From Phoronis australis (taxonomy: Eukaryota; Animalia; Phoronida), in the NCBI GenBank assembly GCA_002633005.1, contig NMRA01000275.1, positions 250,732-314,731 on the forward strand: a stretch of 64,000 nucleotides of DNA, given 5' to 3'. Both the position numbers and the translations under genes were made by a program. A model generated the notes under the pieces. That model did not search any database. It had not been told where the DNA came from and saw only the letters and a program-made list of their open reading frames with translations. Each line of letters begins with the position of its first letter. Positions within the stretch are counted from its first letter, which is position 1. Shown in pieces: positions 13,301-28,300 of this stretch.

Positions 13301-16300
13301 CCATGTTTCTGCAAACACGGAAGTCTGAGCTTGAGGCGAAGCTGTGAACAAAAGCAAGAGTTCAAGCTCAAGTTCTGTAAATGATAAGTTGGGGATGGGC
13401 GACTGGCCAAGACGTGGGCGCTTACTAGGAAATTTGCACAAAGTAGGGGATGGGCGATTACCCAAGCAGTGGGCTCTTAAACCGAAAAGTGACAAAAAAT
13501 TGGGGATGGGCGATTACCCAGGCATGGGCGTTAACCCACGAGATTACAGTATGCAAATTATACAGATTAAATAAAATTACCTACACAAGAATCATAAACA
13601 ATTTCTTATTTCCACAGCAAGTATTAAATAATTCAAAATTGCGAGCTTGTAAATACAAAAAGACATCATAAGCAGATTTCTCACACTATAATTATGCTTC
13701 TTTCATGCAATCACATTTTTTTAAATAAAAAAATAAAATGATATTAGTTGACAGGCACAGAGAGGAATGAATTAGAATCATTAGTCTTATACACGCCATC
13801 TGTTGGTCACATCACGTGACTTATAGTTTCTGAAAAGAGGAGGAATGGTTTTACTAGGTACCTAACTCCAAAAACTACATTTTGTCCAATATCTTTAATA
13901 ACAAAAACCCCTATGCACACAAAGAGTAGCAAGAAATTATAAATGCAAGCCATAGCTTTCGTTTCCATGTGTGGACACTGATTCTCCAAACACTATGAAT
14001 CATTCAAAATATAGTTCTCAGAAAGCATATTTTGATAACTAAAACATCGCTAGTTATACTTGCCAAATATCTTGGGCGATTCATCAAGTACACAAACCTT
14101 GCAATACTTTTCAGAAAACTAGACTGAATGATCTCTAACATGTTTTGTTCACATCACAAATACCTAACTCCCATGGGTTAAGGATCATGTTTGGTTTAAC
14201 GCGTACTACCTAATTTTTATTTTTTGATCACATTTGATGGGTTATAGCCAAAGCTTTTAGTTTTTCAAAGCACCATATATTCATCCTCACTGCAGCTCCT
14301 CAACCGCACACAATGTGCCTATAGTGTACCTTTAATTAACAATAAAAACCGGACGATCGCCGCACAAATGAAGGAGTTCATGATAAATCAACGTTTCGTC
14401 TATTCGTTAGACATCATCAAGATATTTACGTAGGACAACAGGTGCCAACAGACATCACAGGTGACATCCATGAAGTGAAGTGAGAGATACAGAGTAGTCA
14501 GTAGCTGGTCATCACCATAGTTGCAAGGTCACTGAGCTCTGCATGTTGTTCAGAGAATCAGTAGCATGCTGGATCTGAATGGCCAGTGACTCTTAAATGT
14601 ACAGTAATTCCTTATTAGTTTCACTGCAGATAACACTAACTGAATTGGCTTGGTGATTGTTGCTAACAAATGCCTATATATGTTGCTTTTCTCTGAGTTA
14701 TGTTCTCTCAGCCTGTCATAGAGCCGTCCCTGTTTGAGTCCGATATAGAATTCCTTACAGTTGTGACATTCAACCTTATCAACAACATTGCTCTTGTTCA
14801 ATAAAGGTATGGGTGACTTCAGTTTACATAGCATACTGGTAAGTTTCCGAAGAGGTTTGAAAACAACTATCAATTCAACAGCCGTTGATGTCTAACGAAT
14901 AGACGAAACGTTGATTTATCATGAACTTCATTTGTGCGCAATCATCCAGTTTTTAATCTTACTATGGCTAAGTTCTGATTTAATTAATTAACAAGCAGCA
15001 TATTGTCTGCATTCTGCCTAATTTTTACATTGAATTTGTGCATTGATATGGCTTATGAATGTATCCTCTGGCTGTTAACTTAAATTTGCAGTTCATCTAA
15101 TGTTAAAAGCCAATCCAACTCAATTTTCAAGAAACTGCTTTTAAACGCCCTAGGCATTTCCATGGATGACTAAGGCAAGTAGTGAACCAAAGGAGCTTCA
15201 GAAATGAACACAGATCCATCAAACTCCTAATTTACTGTTCCTCACCTGACAGGTACGCGAACACTTTGTGGTTTGACCACAGGCTTCACCAGCGGCCGCG
15301 CTTGAGAGCCCACCCTGTTAGCACCTTTGAGTGCACTCTTCTTGGGCAGCAAATTAAGGTTAGGCACCTTTGCTGGGATCTCCTCATAGCCAAGGGGTGT
15401 ACAAGGTTCCCCGCCAGCCTCGTCATTAGGCACGTTGTCATAGATACCACCATCATCATCATCGTCGTCGGGAGGTGGTGAACTCAACGGAACAGGTGGT
15501 GGCGTATCTGTAAGCAAAGACAAAAAACAGTTCAGTGTTCATGAAGACACTTATGAAAGCAGTTTAACTGCTTTGTCAATAGCAGCTGGGGCATTTGATA
15601 TACAATAAGTCAAGACGTTTCGCTTTAAAACTAAAAGAATTATCCATGTGAGATGACAACTAGTCCGAGATATCAGTGAACAACATCTCACAGGAGGAAT
15701 TCTAAGTCATAATAACAAAGTACAATGAAGTGGAAATGAAAATGACATTGATAAAACAAAGACCACTTGTTTAGTCAATAACTTTAAATGGAACTTTACA
15801 CAGACGTGTTTGAGACATCATCAAAAAAGAATGTGACGTTCATACCAGAGATGTCAATGTCAATTAAGTTCCCAAACTATAACATAGAGGTAAAGATTTA
15901 AATAGTTATGTCCTGTCTTCCAGAAAGCAGACAGTCCGAATACAGTGTCTTGGTAAAGCGAGACGTATTCTTACTGTACATGTTCCTGACAGTCGAGCCT
16001 ATGTGTTCTCTCAAACTCATGTCTTGCACAGCATTCATAGTAAATACCTTCATAATGTTAATGTAAATTCGACATCAAAAAGTTGGTCCAAAACTATACA
16101 CCACAGGAATTAGGCAAAAAATGCACAACATACGATTCCATGACTTTGTCCATCATCTTGAATATCCAACTAGATAAAGTGAACAAACCGATTCAAGGGC
16201 ATTTCCATTTACTTGGACGAGAAAGCAAGCTGAAAGCTGAGGATATCGACTGGATTGTCAAACGCGTGCAACTATTTCATTTTCAGGATTGTAACAACTC

Positions 16301-19300
16301 CATTTTTCCTCTTAACAATCATCTATTCTCACGTTTGGAGTGAACTGCAAAAATGCCGGTGTTAGATCAGCTGTTGTCAGCAAAAATTCGGTACTTGATT
16401 GGAAGGTTCAATGTTCATTGCACAGGTATTTGTGTTTGGTTGACTGGCCGCATTATCACCACGATCCGGATCAGAATTGAGCCAACGTCTGTATCTGGGA
16501 CATCTCTTGATTTGTAAAATAACTCTAGACTCTTTAAGGCCTTTGCATGGCAGAGGACACAACCAAGAACGTAGAATGCGCATATCAACCATGACAGACA
16601 CCACAGACACTGGCTGTGCAAGATAACAGAATTACTCCCCCCAAAACTGTAAACGTCGGGAACTACAGACGCAGTGAAGAGTTGTGAGTGGCATGCCACT
16701 TTTCTCAGGATGAAATCATAAATATTAGATCAGCCAAAAAAACCCTTATCAGGCCAATGAGATGAGCTCGAATTCGATTGGCCAGTGACAATGAAAAATG
16801 CAGCAAAACTAACCAATAGTATTCGCCTAAGTGAGAAATGCACAAGCAACAACCAATAAGAATTGTCGAAAGCATTTCCATTCACAAGTGTGTTGGGCTA
16901 CCAGTTACACCAATCAGTGTCACCGGACACCTGGATTATTGAAAAATGTGCCAAGGATTAACCACTTTTTGCACAGTAAATTTCTTACTTATGAAATGAC
17001 TGATGGCCTATTTATTTGACCGACGGCCGACCAGCCCATAATATTGAGAAAGTGATTATTTCAAGCAACTTTTTGTAAATTTTGCTGGTCTTTTTTAATT
17101 TAGGCAGCACCGTTGAACCCATCCAAAATCGAATTCTGGCCTTTCAAAAGATGGCTGCTGTAAAAACCCATGAATAGGAGTGTTCACTCAAGTTAACACT
17201 TTTGCTACAATCAAGCTAAAGATACATATTGATGTTATGGATGTTTCACATTGAACAAAACTTTCTATAAGATTACTTGTGATATATGAACTAAAGAAAT
17301 GGAAATTAAATGTTTCGTTTCTTGGTTTTCCATGTATTTTTCAGTGATAAAAGTACCCACAAGATTCACCCTATTTTTCCAGTTAGACTGTGTGTGTGTA
17401 GTTCTGTACTAGTGTAATGATTTCTGCATAGTTTCTTTGAACTCCCGAAATTGAAATGGAACCCAAAAATTTTGGAAAGCCCCAGTAATTAGAAGTGTAG
17501 ACTCCACCTGACATAAACCTACCGTATTCACCATTACACACTCCATGATCCTTCATGGGGGTCTGGAACCGGATTAGCACTGCCTTGGCAGGGGGAGGTG
17601 CTTGAGTGTACGGTGGTGGTTGACCTGATGGTTCCAATAATGCCCCACTACTATTTGTAGACGGATCACAACAGGATGGATCACTCCTAGAAACACTTGA
17701 CTCGGCATGGATGACAGGGCTGGGCTCTGACTGACTGGCACTGACCACTATTTCGGAAGAACTCACTAGGGTAAAGAAAAAGCAATGAATAGTAACACCA
17801 CATGTTCACATAAACTGCCAAAAAATGTTGAACACCTGCTAGTGTCCCAGTGTTACAAAACATCCTTCATCCAGTTACACCATAGAGCGAAGATATTGTA
17901 CGCCAGCAACAGCGACTTCAATGCAACAGCAGTGAAAAATGATGACGGCCATCCACACTAGCCTACGGTTAACATTGAAGCATCAACGGGTGTTCATTAC
18001 ATTGCCACTGAGGGGAAGCTAGAGTAGACAAAATCCATATGTGTCAGTATCCTTAGATGCAAACAATTTGTAAAAAAATGAAGAAAGATAGTAGCACACA
18101 GCATTAGATATCTTGAGTAAAACACAACACATTATGGTTTGATACATAATCCCTGTGCTGCCCAAATATTCCGATTCCAAGCAATGACAAAATTATAGAA
18201 CTACAATCTACAGTAATGCAGAGCATTGATGTGTGCCCACAGATAGCCAAGAAAATAATATCACACACATTGGTCAATTTAAATAGCACAAAAGATTTTG
18301 GACAAGTGGAAATATTTTGTCAAATTTAACAATAAAATTAACGTTAAGAAAAAATGACTCCATCATTACAATGATTTGTACCAAACAACAAAAATCAAAG
18401 CTTTGGTAAAATTTTGATCATTTCAACAATGTTCCAGCCTTTGACAAAGTATGGAAAATTGCGATCCTGACAATAATTTTTGTGCAAAATTAAAGAGAGA
18501 TTACCATATCTTCAAATCCTGTCAAGCAACTTTGACAATAAACAACAGCCAAGGATCATTTTGTTGAAAACTAAATTGGCTAACACAGAAGGCTATGGTA
18601 CTTGGAAGTTGCTAAGTGGTGCCAGCCTATTCCTACCACAGACTTCCTGATCATTTTTCATCAGTCAGATGAGTCATTTTTGACAGTAACCAATCAACAA
18701 GGAAGAACTTGTCAAAAGCTGAAATGGCCAATAGGGGTGCTGGTACAAGAGCATTTTCACCATATACCTTCGTGTCACTTTTTGTTGAGATCTATCAAGT
18801 GATCTCCAAGGACAAAGACTAACAATATACAAATGACCAGGCTGTGGACTATGCACATGCTACTCCAAAATTTTCAAGAGCGTATATATTTTAGTTCAGA
18901 ATAACTTTACTGCTTTACATCTCCAACACATCACATGAGAAGTGTAGGTGGTGCTGAACATTGGTTCAGCAAAAACTCTAATCACCATCTAGCATCACAG
19001 CTCATTTCAGAAATATAGACAAGGAATTCAGTATACCACAAATTTCTGGAAAATATTTTCAAATAAAATACTGACTCTAGCAATCAATGAGCCAATAAAC
19101 CAACATCCTGTCAAAAATAATGTTTCATTAAGACCACTTACTACAATAATAAAATCGGTCTCACCATGTTTCTTATTTGATGGCACACTATTGTTTTCAA
19201 GCCACAATTGAATTTACATAATCCAATTTCATTAAAAATTGGAGCCTGCAAGGTTAGCTGGGCATGATTGGCTATTGTACTTGTTGTGGTATATATTTTA

Positions 19301-22300
19301 AATTGCTCGACATATCAGTGCTAAGTGAAAATCATTTAACACCAAAAGTTTTCATGGTGACTACATTACTCCGCATTAGAAGTTTGTTTTAAGTGTCACC
19401 ATTCAGTGCCATCTACTGAGCATGTTCAAGATCATCTTCAAATGTGACAGGAATGGAATAGATTTACGCATTCAAAATTTAACCTGGTCTTTTCTCTATG
19501 TACTAATGTCAACTGAAACTGAGGGTACATAAGTTCAAGTGAACCAGAATCAACAAATTCCATTCCAGATATAGAAGACAACACAAATCATATACACCTC
19601 TATACTAACATTACTGAACAGCAAAAATGCAATAGAGCTTCACTCTACCATATAGTCCTAAAGACTCACCAACATTTTCATACGTATGCTCGTCTGCGAC
19701 TGGTAGCGGACTGTCCACTTCACTTATGGAAGCGTCCACTTCGCCAGAGTCAGGCGTGGGTGGTTCACCTGTGTCACCAATTTGTTTTATAGGCTCTTCT
19801 TTGTCTGTCAGTTTAATGTCCTCTATGACGGTGGCTACTGGTTCACCTGCAGCTCCATTATTTGTCGTTTTAACAGGTTCATTCTCGTCAGTTTCATCCA
19901 CTTTGTCTAAAAACAAACAGAAACGAGATGTTTACAAAGCTTCAAGTTATCCAGTTCAAGTAAGTGATGCACTTAAACTGACATGGCATATGATGTCTTG
20001 AAGTCACATTTAAGATTAAGTAGGACCAGATATAAAAAAGGTCAAATTTGAGTAACTTCAGAACATAATGTTTCAGAAATGGCTGTCTGGGTTCAAGTGA
20101 CACATTCAGATACTGTTTTGTGCACAATACTCCAAAATGCTGTTGGGAATTGCTTTAGACCCACTTTTGCATGAGAAGCAATCAAAAATAGGATTTTTAA
20201 TGATTATTATGAAAAAGGAAAAAGTACTGCTTTCAGAAAATACATTGAACTTTTCTTGAGATCAGTTATGTTTCGTAGATTTTTGACTAAATGCAGACTT
20301 GTCATTAAAGTCCTACATATTAAAGTAGTAAGCTTGATTCTGACTACTGACACCACTTGAAGTCAGCTTTGATTCTGACTAATAGCACCACTTGCCTCCA
20401 AGGAAAATGCGTTCCAGGTCTATAAGACAGAAAAAAATGACAGATATATTCTAAGCCCTCACCCGGGTATAAGACCAGGGCCTTCGATGTGTGGATTCTA
20501 ATACCGAATATCGGCTTCATTCTCTTCTGAAAAACATGTAAGATCATGCAGAATTGCCCTCACTATACTCAAAAGTTCCCCTCAAATGACGAAAATTATC
20601 AGAGGTTCCAATCAATTTCAACACATGCAGAATGTTGGCATCAAAAGGTTTTATTAAATGGAAACTGCACATTCGACAATTAGGCTTTGTTGTGGAGAAA
20701 TGGAGAAATATTAGTTGATTGCAAGTGGTCACACCCATTCTTCTTCTTTCCCATGTATAAACCCAACCCTTCTACAAAGTTTATCGCTCAGGTCAAATCA
20801 AAGTATCAATTTTCTCTGGCTTCAGTCCATTTTAGGTCATCAGGTTGTAGACTTCAAGTCATTGCAATTGATACACAAGCCTATGGGTTCGTGTACAAAT
20901 GTCCAACACGAGTTCGCATTTTGGAGCTCACAAAATACAAGGCCCATGGGTTTAACTTACATAGATGCTGTTATCCGAGAACTATTTATGTACAATTGAA
21001 TAGTAGCACTACTCTGGTTTGGCCCCAGAGGTGGTGATAGTTCACCACAAAAACTTACTAATTTCAATATACAATGAATAAAATCGTGGTGAAGAAGTTC
21101 ATGCCTTCGTGGCAACCAAAATGTGGAGCTGGAATTCTTTGCGAAATCTGTCTTAATCGCCATAGACATGCTTCAATGAGTGAAAGCATAGAACTAGAAA
21201 CGATTGCTGATGAAAGTACGTGCTTATTACAAGTCTGGTTTCCGTCCCTTGCATTCCACTCTCACTACAAACATTCAAGCTGAGTTTATCTTACATAATA
21301 TGTTTCAGGGGAGGCTTACTGGTGCTGTCTTTGCTGACCTTAAGAAAGCCTTTGACAATGTGGACCCTGGTATCCTATTGCAGAAACTTGAGTCTTATGG
21401 AGTTAATGAGAACGAACTCCTTTGGTTTAAAAACTACTTATACGACCGTAAACAGGCCACCAAATACAGTGGTATTCTTTCTGACTACTCAACCGTAAGC
21501 ACGGGCGTACCTCACGGTTCCATTCTGGGCCCTCTATTATTCACTATTTTTGTTAACGACCTCCCAACTGTCCTCCACGACAGTGTCCCAGTTTTATATG
21601 GTGATAACACTGCAGTTATGTCCACAGCTGGATCAGTAAAAGAACTCGAAACTTCTCTCAACAATGAGCTAGCCCTTATCCATGACTGGCTGATTCAAAA
21701 TAAATTCACTCTTAACGTTAGTAAAACCAAGTCGATGCTGTTGGGAACCCACCAGAAATTAAAACAACAAAAACTGTCCCTTCCTATCATTGGTTCTCCC
21801 ATTGAGAATGTTGAAAAGTTTAAGTACTTGGGCCTTATTTTAGATCCCAATCTTAAATTTAATATGCACATAGATCACATCACAAAGAAATTATCAAAGA
21901 AAATCGGTGTACTTGAGCGTCTAGGCAAATTTCTTAAGGTCAGTACTCTTAAGACACTTTTACCATTCTATTATTCAGCCTCACATTGATTATTGTTTAC
22001 CGGTTTGGGGGCATAACAGTGACAAACTTGTCAGCAAAGTCCACGTAATTCAAAATAGAGCCGCCAGGGCTATCCTGGGTACTAGAATTAGGGACACCAA
22101 GGACGATGACTTGTATTCCAAGCTGGGATTTATGAAAGTAAAACAAAGAAATAAATATCTCTCAGCTTGCTGTATGTACAGATGTATAAATGGCTTGGCT
22201 CCAGCATGTCTCAACCGAAAATTCAATAGCAGTCAAGCTGTATATTCTACACGCTCTTCTGTTGCTAGAAATGCCTATTTAAAAAAAATTAAAACCCAAG

Positions 22301-25300
22301 ACCGGCAAGAGATCTTTTATCTATGCTGCTGCTACAATATGGACTTCTCTTAGCCCAGAAATTAAACGGTCCGATTCAATTGATACTTTCAAATGTAATA
22401 TTAAAAAGTTGCTGTAATTTATCTAACCTTTTCATACCCTACCTGTCTTAATCACGTCATTCTTTCATTGTCGTAAATACTCTTACTGTTAATAGTTATC
22501 TCTTTATTTATTTCATCTCTCTTAGTTAAATTTTCACCATTCTTTGTCATTTAGTTATTGTCTTAATTCTCAACATGTTTTAATTGTATCTTTGTTACGT
22601 ATGTTTTTTATTGCTGTTTTATTACTTCATTGTATTATATTACTGTTTTTTGTTGTTGAGGGCCGTCTTGGAAAGCAGTGCTATACTGAAGAGGCCATCC
22701 TCTTTTTAAATATCACAATAAATAAATAAATAAATATTTATATTAAAGTGAAAATTGGTTACTTGGTACACGGTAGCTGTAACTGGACTACTGCCATTTA
22801 AAATACATGGGGTTTAAATGCATGCAAAGCCTGATAGAAAGTATTGTAGCCTTAATGACAGAATGATAAGAGCTAGTCAGCCTGCCAGTTCCAGACCATT
22901 ACTTAAACTTACGGCGCCAGCACGTGACTTCTAATATTTGACAAGTCCAAAGTATACCCTCCTGATAGAAAATTCCTTCTAACTGACGATGTGCATATTT
23001 CATAGACTTAACTAAATTTTGCACTTTTCTCCACTCATCTACAACATTAGCTCAGGCTCATTGAAGAAATAGATAGAAAGAGAAAGAAACATTGGTTCAT
23101 TTGAGCTCAACTGTTTTGATTTCTGGACTCTCCCCTCACAATGACATGTACCTGTACGGTCTGTTTTCCACCTGTGTCACCTGATGGAATAATGTGAACT
23201 TTTGCATTGAGAATGGCTTATAGTGAATAAACCGAAACATCGAATCAATATGTCTTGCGTTTACTTACACACTAATTTTAAAGTTCATGCCCATGTTTTA
23301 GCCAAAAAAATGTGATGTATCGCATTTCAGGGTTTAGGTAACTGAACTAGATCAGGCAGAAACTACCAAAATTCATTTAGTGATTTAGCTAGATATTTAC
23401 CAGCTGCTCTTCAACTTTCAAAATTGATACAAGCCGAGAAAAAACTCAATGACTATAAGATAAGTTTACTTATTCCTAAACAGTTCTTCTAATATTCAGT
23501 AAATTGTCAGTGAAGTGACTCCAAACTTCAACAGCTCAGAAGTAAGACACTGACACAGTGACAGTACTAGTACCATGTTGTCAGTATCCTAGTTGACCGA
23601 TATTTTAGTGCTGTCAGGAAAATCTTGTAATTTTATGTGCATCATCGAGCTTCATTATTAAGCAAAACTCATAAAATTTTAAGGCATTCTGTGACTTGAA
23701 CTTTTATTAGCCTGGTCTGACGAAAACGGACTGTCAGTTTCACTAAACGAGCCCATTGATGTCTTCTTAACTGATTAAGGAACGAGATAAATTTGTGACT
23801 GAAATAACGGGCTTAATACCGCTTAAAGGCAAACCTGATATACATTGTTGAATGAAGGTAAACATAAGTCATATTGCAACAACAAGGATGCAGGAATCAC
23901 TGCTAAGCTAATGCCAAACCCAAGCCAGGGATAACAATAACAAGACAATTGCGAAGCCGTGACTATTTCTTGAAAATCATGAAAATGAACCGCTCGCACT
24001 TTTACCACTTAATTATTATTACCTTTAGACAAGCATGATGAACCCATCGTCAATTACCAGCTACGAAAAATCCGTTTCCTTCTCCAAAGGAGGGACCTCA
24101 TAAATCAGGAGCAGCCATGTTAGATCTGCCTTCCATTAAATAGGTCAAGATGACACCTAACCATGGGAGATAACTTGAACTTGACACAGCACAGTTCATT
24201 GGTCTGAGGCTGGGAAGTCCCAGGTCTGTGGGTTGTGGTTGAAAGAAACTCCAACCCACAACAATGATTTTGATGACATAATGCTCAACATATATACTGC
24301 ATTTCAATGATCTAAATTATCTGGACTGATAATTACCCAGAATATGAAATTCCAAGTCCTTGATGTCTTCTCATTCAAAAAACAATTTGTCTGAGAATTG
24401 ACCTATCGCAAGCTACGCCCCCTTGCGTAAAGTCGAATAACAAACAATAAGTTTTACCCGGCAACATGTTGTTTGTCGGGTAAAATGGCAGCTGGGAAAC
24501 AAGGGTGTGTTAATAATTCTGCGTTCTAAATGGTCAGATAAGCCGTCACTCAAAATCCTGGCGATTGGTCAATCAATTAGCGACTCTCAATACCCAACCA
24601 CCTTAAGCAATTGACCAATTGTGATTTTATGAACCAGCGTGTAGATTACTGTGCTCACATACTTTTGAAATGCAAAAATAGACAAGGGTTACCGGTAACT
24701 GAATTTAGATCTTGATGAACATCGAGAACCATTTAATTCTAACCCCCAACCATACCATTTGAAGGAATTTGAATTATATTTATCCCTTTTGAAGCAGTTA
24801 GAAAGCACCAAAAATGATTTAAATAATTTAGACCATTAAGTGGAGTAAGTTCGACTTCCAGTTATAGATAATTTAGACCCCAAAATACAAGATCAAAATT
24901 AGTTACTTGGCATTTTTTCTAGCAAAGTAAGTTACTATATATTGTCTTTGCTGTCTTAGTTTCTTGTAGTTCTTGAATGTGGGATGGTCAACCATTTAAT
25001 GAATTCCAAAAATTCAGTAGAAGCTAAAACCTTGAGCAAAATTATTATTTTTTCATTATGCCAAAATTGAAGAATTCTTGAAAATGAAGTGAACCTAAGG
25101 GCTTCATATTAGTCAACTCGTGCGCACACTATATTTGGGATTTGTTACACTAACGCCTAAGCGAGCCTATGGTATAACCTGTCCCAATCAATTCACAAAT
25201 TAATGCTTGTGGCTTAGCCGCGTTGCTGAAGAAAAGCTATTTGATACTTTTGCTTTTAATGCAACAATTTTAAAAATTCAAAAACAACTACTATTTACTT

Positions 25301-28300
25301 TCCGATTTTTTAAAAGAACAGTGGATCGTTTACCTTACTTATTGCTCATTTTTTTAATTTGAAATTCGAAAGCTAAACAAGCGTGTGGGTTTACAACCGC
25401 AATTATGTCATCCATCACGCTCAGTCAAGCTAAAAAATAGCGACTAGTTCTCTTCGATCCATGATGGCATCATCAACCCGTTGATGTGCCGAGCAATTCG
25501 CTAGATACTCTAAGGTAAACAGTGCATGCTTTCTCGTCCACTTGCGTGCAAATCCTGTCAGAGTAACACTTATGCCTAATGATGGAGTACACACTGGACA
25601 CACTACTTTCACTCATCTGAATATGTCCAGTCTCCAGGCGTAGGTAATAAAAACATGGTAATTATGTCTGATCAGTCAGTGGTACTATTGGAAGATTCAG
25701 TTGATCTCAATTACAGTTATCTCCCACAAAACTTGGCCAATTTTACTTAGGAAAAAAGCTCTGTATACAAATTTTTATGGGGAATTCAAATGGCAGCTGT
25801 TGTTTCCCTCAACAAAGATAGAAAAATGAATCAAACATCTTAATTCTTCACCCAAATCTTATCTTATCCCTGTCAGATTAAAGTACAATAAAGAGTAAAT
25901 TGGATGGAAGAACTTGTGGTTTTCTGATCACACAGAGATGCCTGCCAGTCCATAATGCATAATGAAAATGTGATGTCATGTACCTATACAAGCAGTATCG
26001 ACTGTGAATCTTGCTGTGAACCAATTACCAGCCTTTCTATATGTTCCAACATTGTGTGCTGAATTTTTACTATTATTCAGAACTGTTTATGAGTATGTTT
26101 AAAGTTCCAAGCTTTATCAGTTGCACTGAGTATCAAAATCTATGAGGTTCAATTTACAATGTTATAGTCGCAACCTCACTTGACCCAATGCCAAAGGTGA
26201 CGTACACGGGTCTAAATTTGAGATACTATAGTTAGAATGCTCGAAAAAGAGTGGATTATCAAATGAATCAAGTTATCCCAATTACGTAAATGTAATATGT
26301 GACAGGTTTAGTCCAGAATGTTTTTGTCGACTATCCTAAATTGACTGTCTACTTCACAAAAGCGTGGAGTTCTTCCCGCCATTTCACGCACACTAGGCAC
26401 TATCACCAGCTGCTCACTGAACAACTTTTAAGTAATGTCTCAAAGCAACAAACCTAAGAAGTATAGAAGTGGTTACTGATTATCAGATGAAACCAAGGTT
26501 CTAATCAGCATTTGGAGCAAGTCAATGATTCGAGTATAATGAATTCCTGAATGAAAGGATTGCAACAGCATAGTGACATCTTGTGTTTAGTATGGGAAGC
26601 TTTAAAGTACAGAAAGTAAAAGTCTGATGAAATGAGAAAGGCGACAATTAATGTTGGCAGGTTATCACGCTAATATAAAACATGTTCCAACCTCGAACAA
26701 GTCTGGACTAACCCTAATGCTAAAGTAGTTATAGACAAAAGTCAGGCAATAAGCCCATTTCTTCGTGACATTTAGCAAAACATGACTTCAGTGTTATCAC
26801 AGCGACGCTTTTAACACATTGTACGAACTAAATTTTACAAGCGTAACCGTTTAAGGTAGGCTTTAATTGACAAAGTTCACAGAGGATTGTCAGGATGACA
26901 AAACATGCAACCAATTGAATTTGCTGCAAACCCCATCAAAAATCTGATATTTCACCACAATAATCTTATCATCTGACAACACACTCACCCAGGTGATGTG
27001 GAGTAGACTCCGCCTCATCCCTCTCCTTGATTACTCCTTTGCGTATAAGTTCCTCTCTGCTGGTTCGTACTGATATTTTACGTTCTAAATCTGAAATTGA
27101 CAGATACCAGAGTTTTAGACAAGTAATGTTTACATGGACAGACAGCAACAAATAATAACTTTGAAGGTGAAATCAAGAGAGGTCTTTACAATGATTTTTC
27201 AATGATGTATAACGAGTGCAGTGTTACTGGACTCTTTTTCAAAATAAGTAGAATAATTAAATATCACGAGGTGAAAATACAGCAAAAATCGTTTATGTCC
27301 ACAAGATTATTATGACCTTATATTGACCATTGAACACAATCATAAAATCTAGTTGTTACGCAAGATCTGGTGACATTTCTGTCATATCCGAGACAAAACA
27401 CCATCATAGTGGCCAACTGTCCAACTTTTGATAAGACCACGAATTTCATACAGCAGGAGACCAACTGGAAACTCTCATTCAAACTTGGGCACCCTGGTTA
27501 GGACACCTTATGTAGTCCAAAGTAAAGTAAGCAAGAAAGCATTGTGTTCAATAGCACTGGAAGTTTGGTTAACTTTGGAACATCGTATCTCTGAATAGCT
27601 GATTAGATTCATACATGTATGCTACTTTCATACAACATGGTTTATGCAGTGTTCTATAACACGTTGTTGGGAAATTTTGAAATATTCCACTTCTGCATGA
27701 GGACCTCTCAATAACTAGAATTTTATGGTTTTTATGGAAAACCTATAAGATGCACAAAACATTAATGCAATATTTTAGAAAAGTGTAACAGCATTTTGGG
27801 GATTTCATCTTAAGCATCTAAATCACATGAAATTTTATTGTATTATTGATAATATTGTTTGTCTAAATGTAAATTGTTTTTTTGCTAACTTTTCATAACA
27901 TGTCAGATTCATAAAAAATTGAAAATCAGTCTACGGACTTAACACTTTCAGAAAATACTTCCAGAGTTAATTTCTAAAGTATATATTTGGTGAAATGCAG
28001 ACTAGTTAATAAGGTAAGATACTGACAATAAACATTATTGCAGACCCGTGTCTCCGCAATATCATACCACCCAGTAAGAGCAATTTGACTTGGGATAAAC
28101 AGTCATGCATAATTGATTATTAATGCCCTGAAAACTGGAAAGCCCATTATGGACATCTAAGTCCTCAGGATGAACCTCAGGAAGGACCGTCCTACTTTTT
28201 GAGGCTGCCTCCTGACAGAGGAACTTTTTGGTCTCACACGATCAAGTTCACAAGCACACGCAGTGTTAATGTGCATATTTTTGTGCTTTTCAACGGTAAC

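Noticed and set aside
21204-21989. Possible functional or domesticated reverse transcriptase
   Set aside because: The catalytic YADD motif is degraded to YGDN, the copy is 5'-truncated and frameshifted downstream, and it has a retroposition tail.
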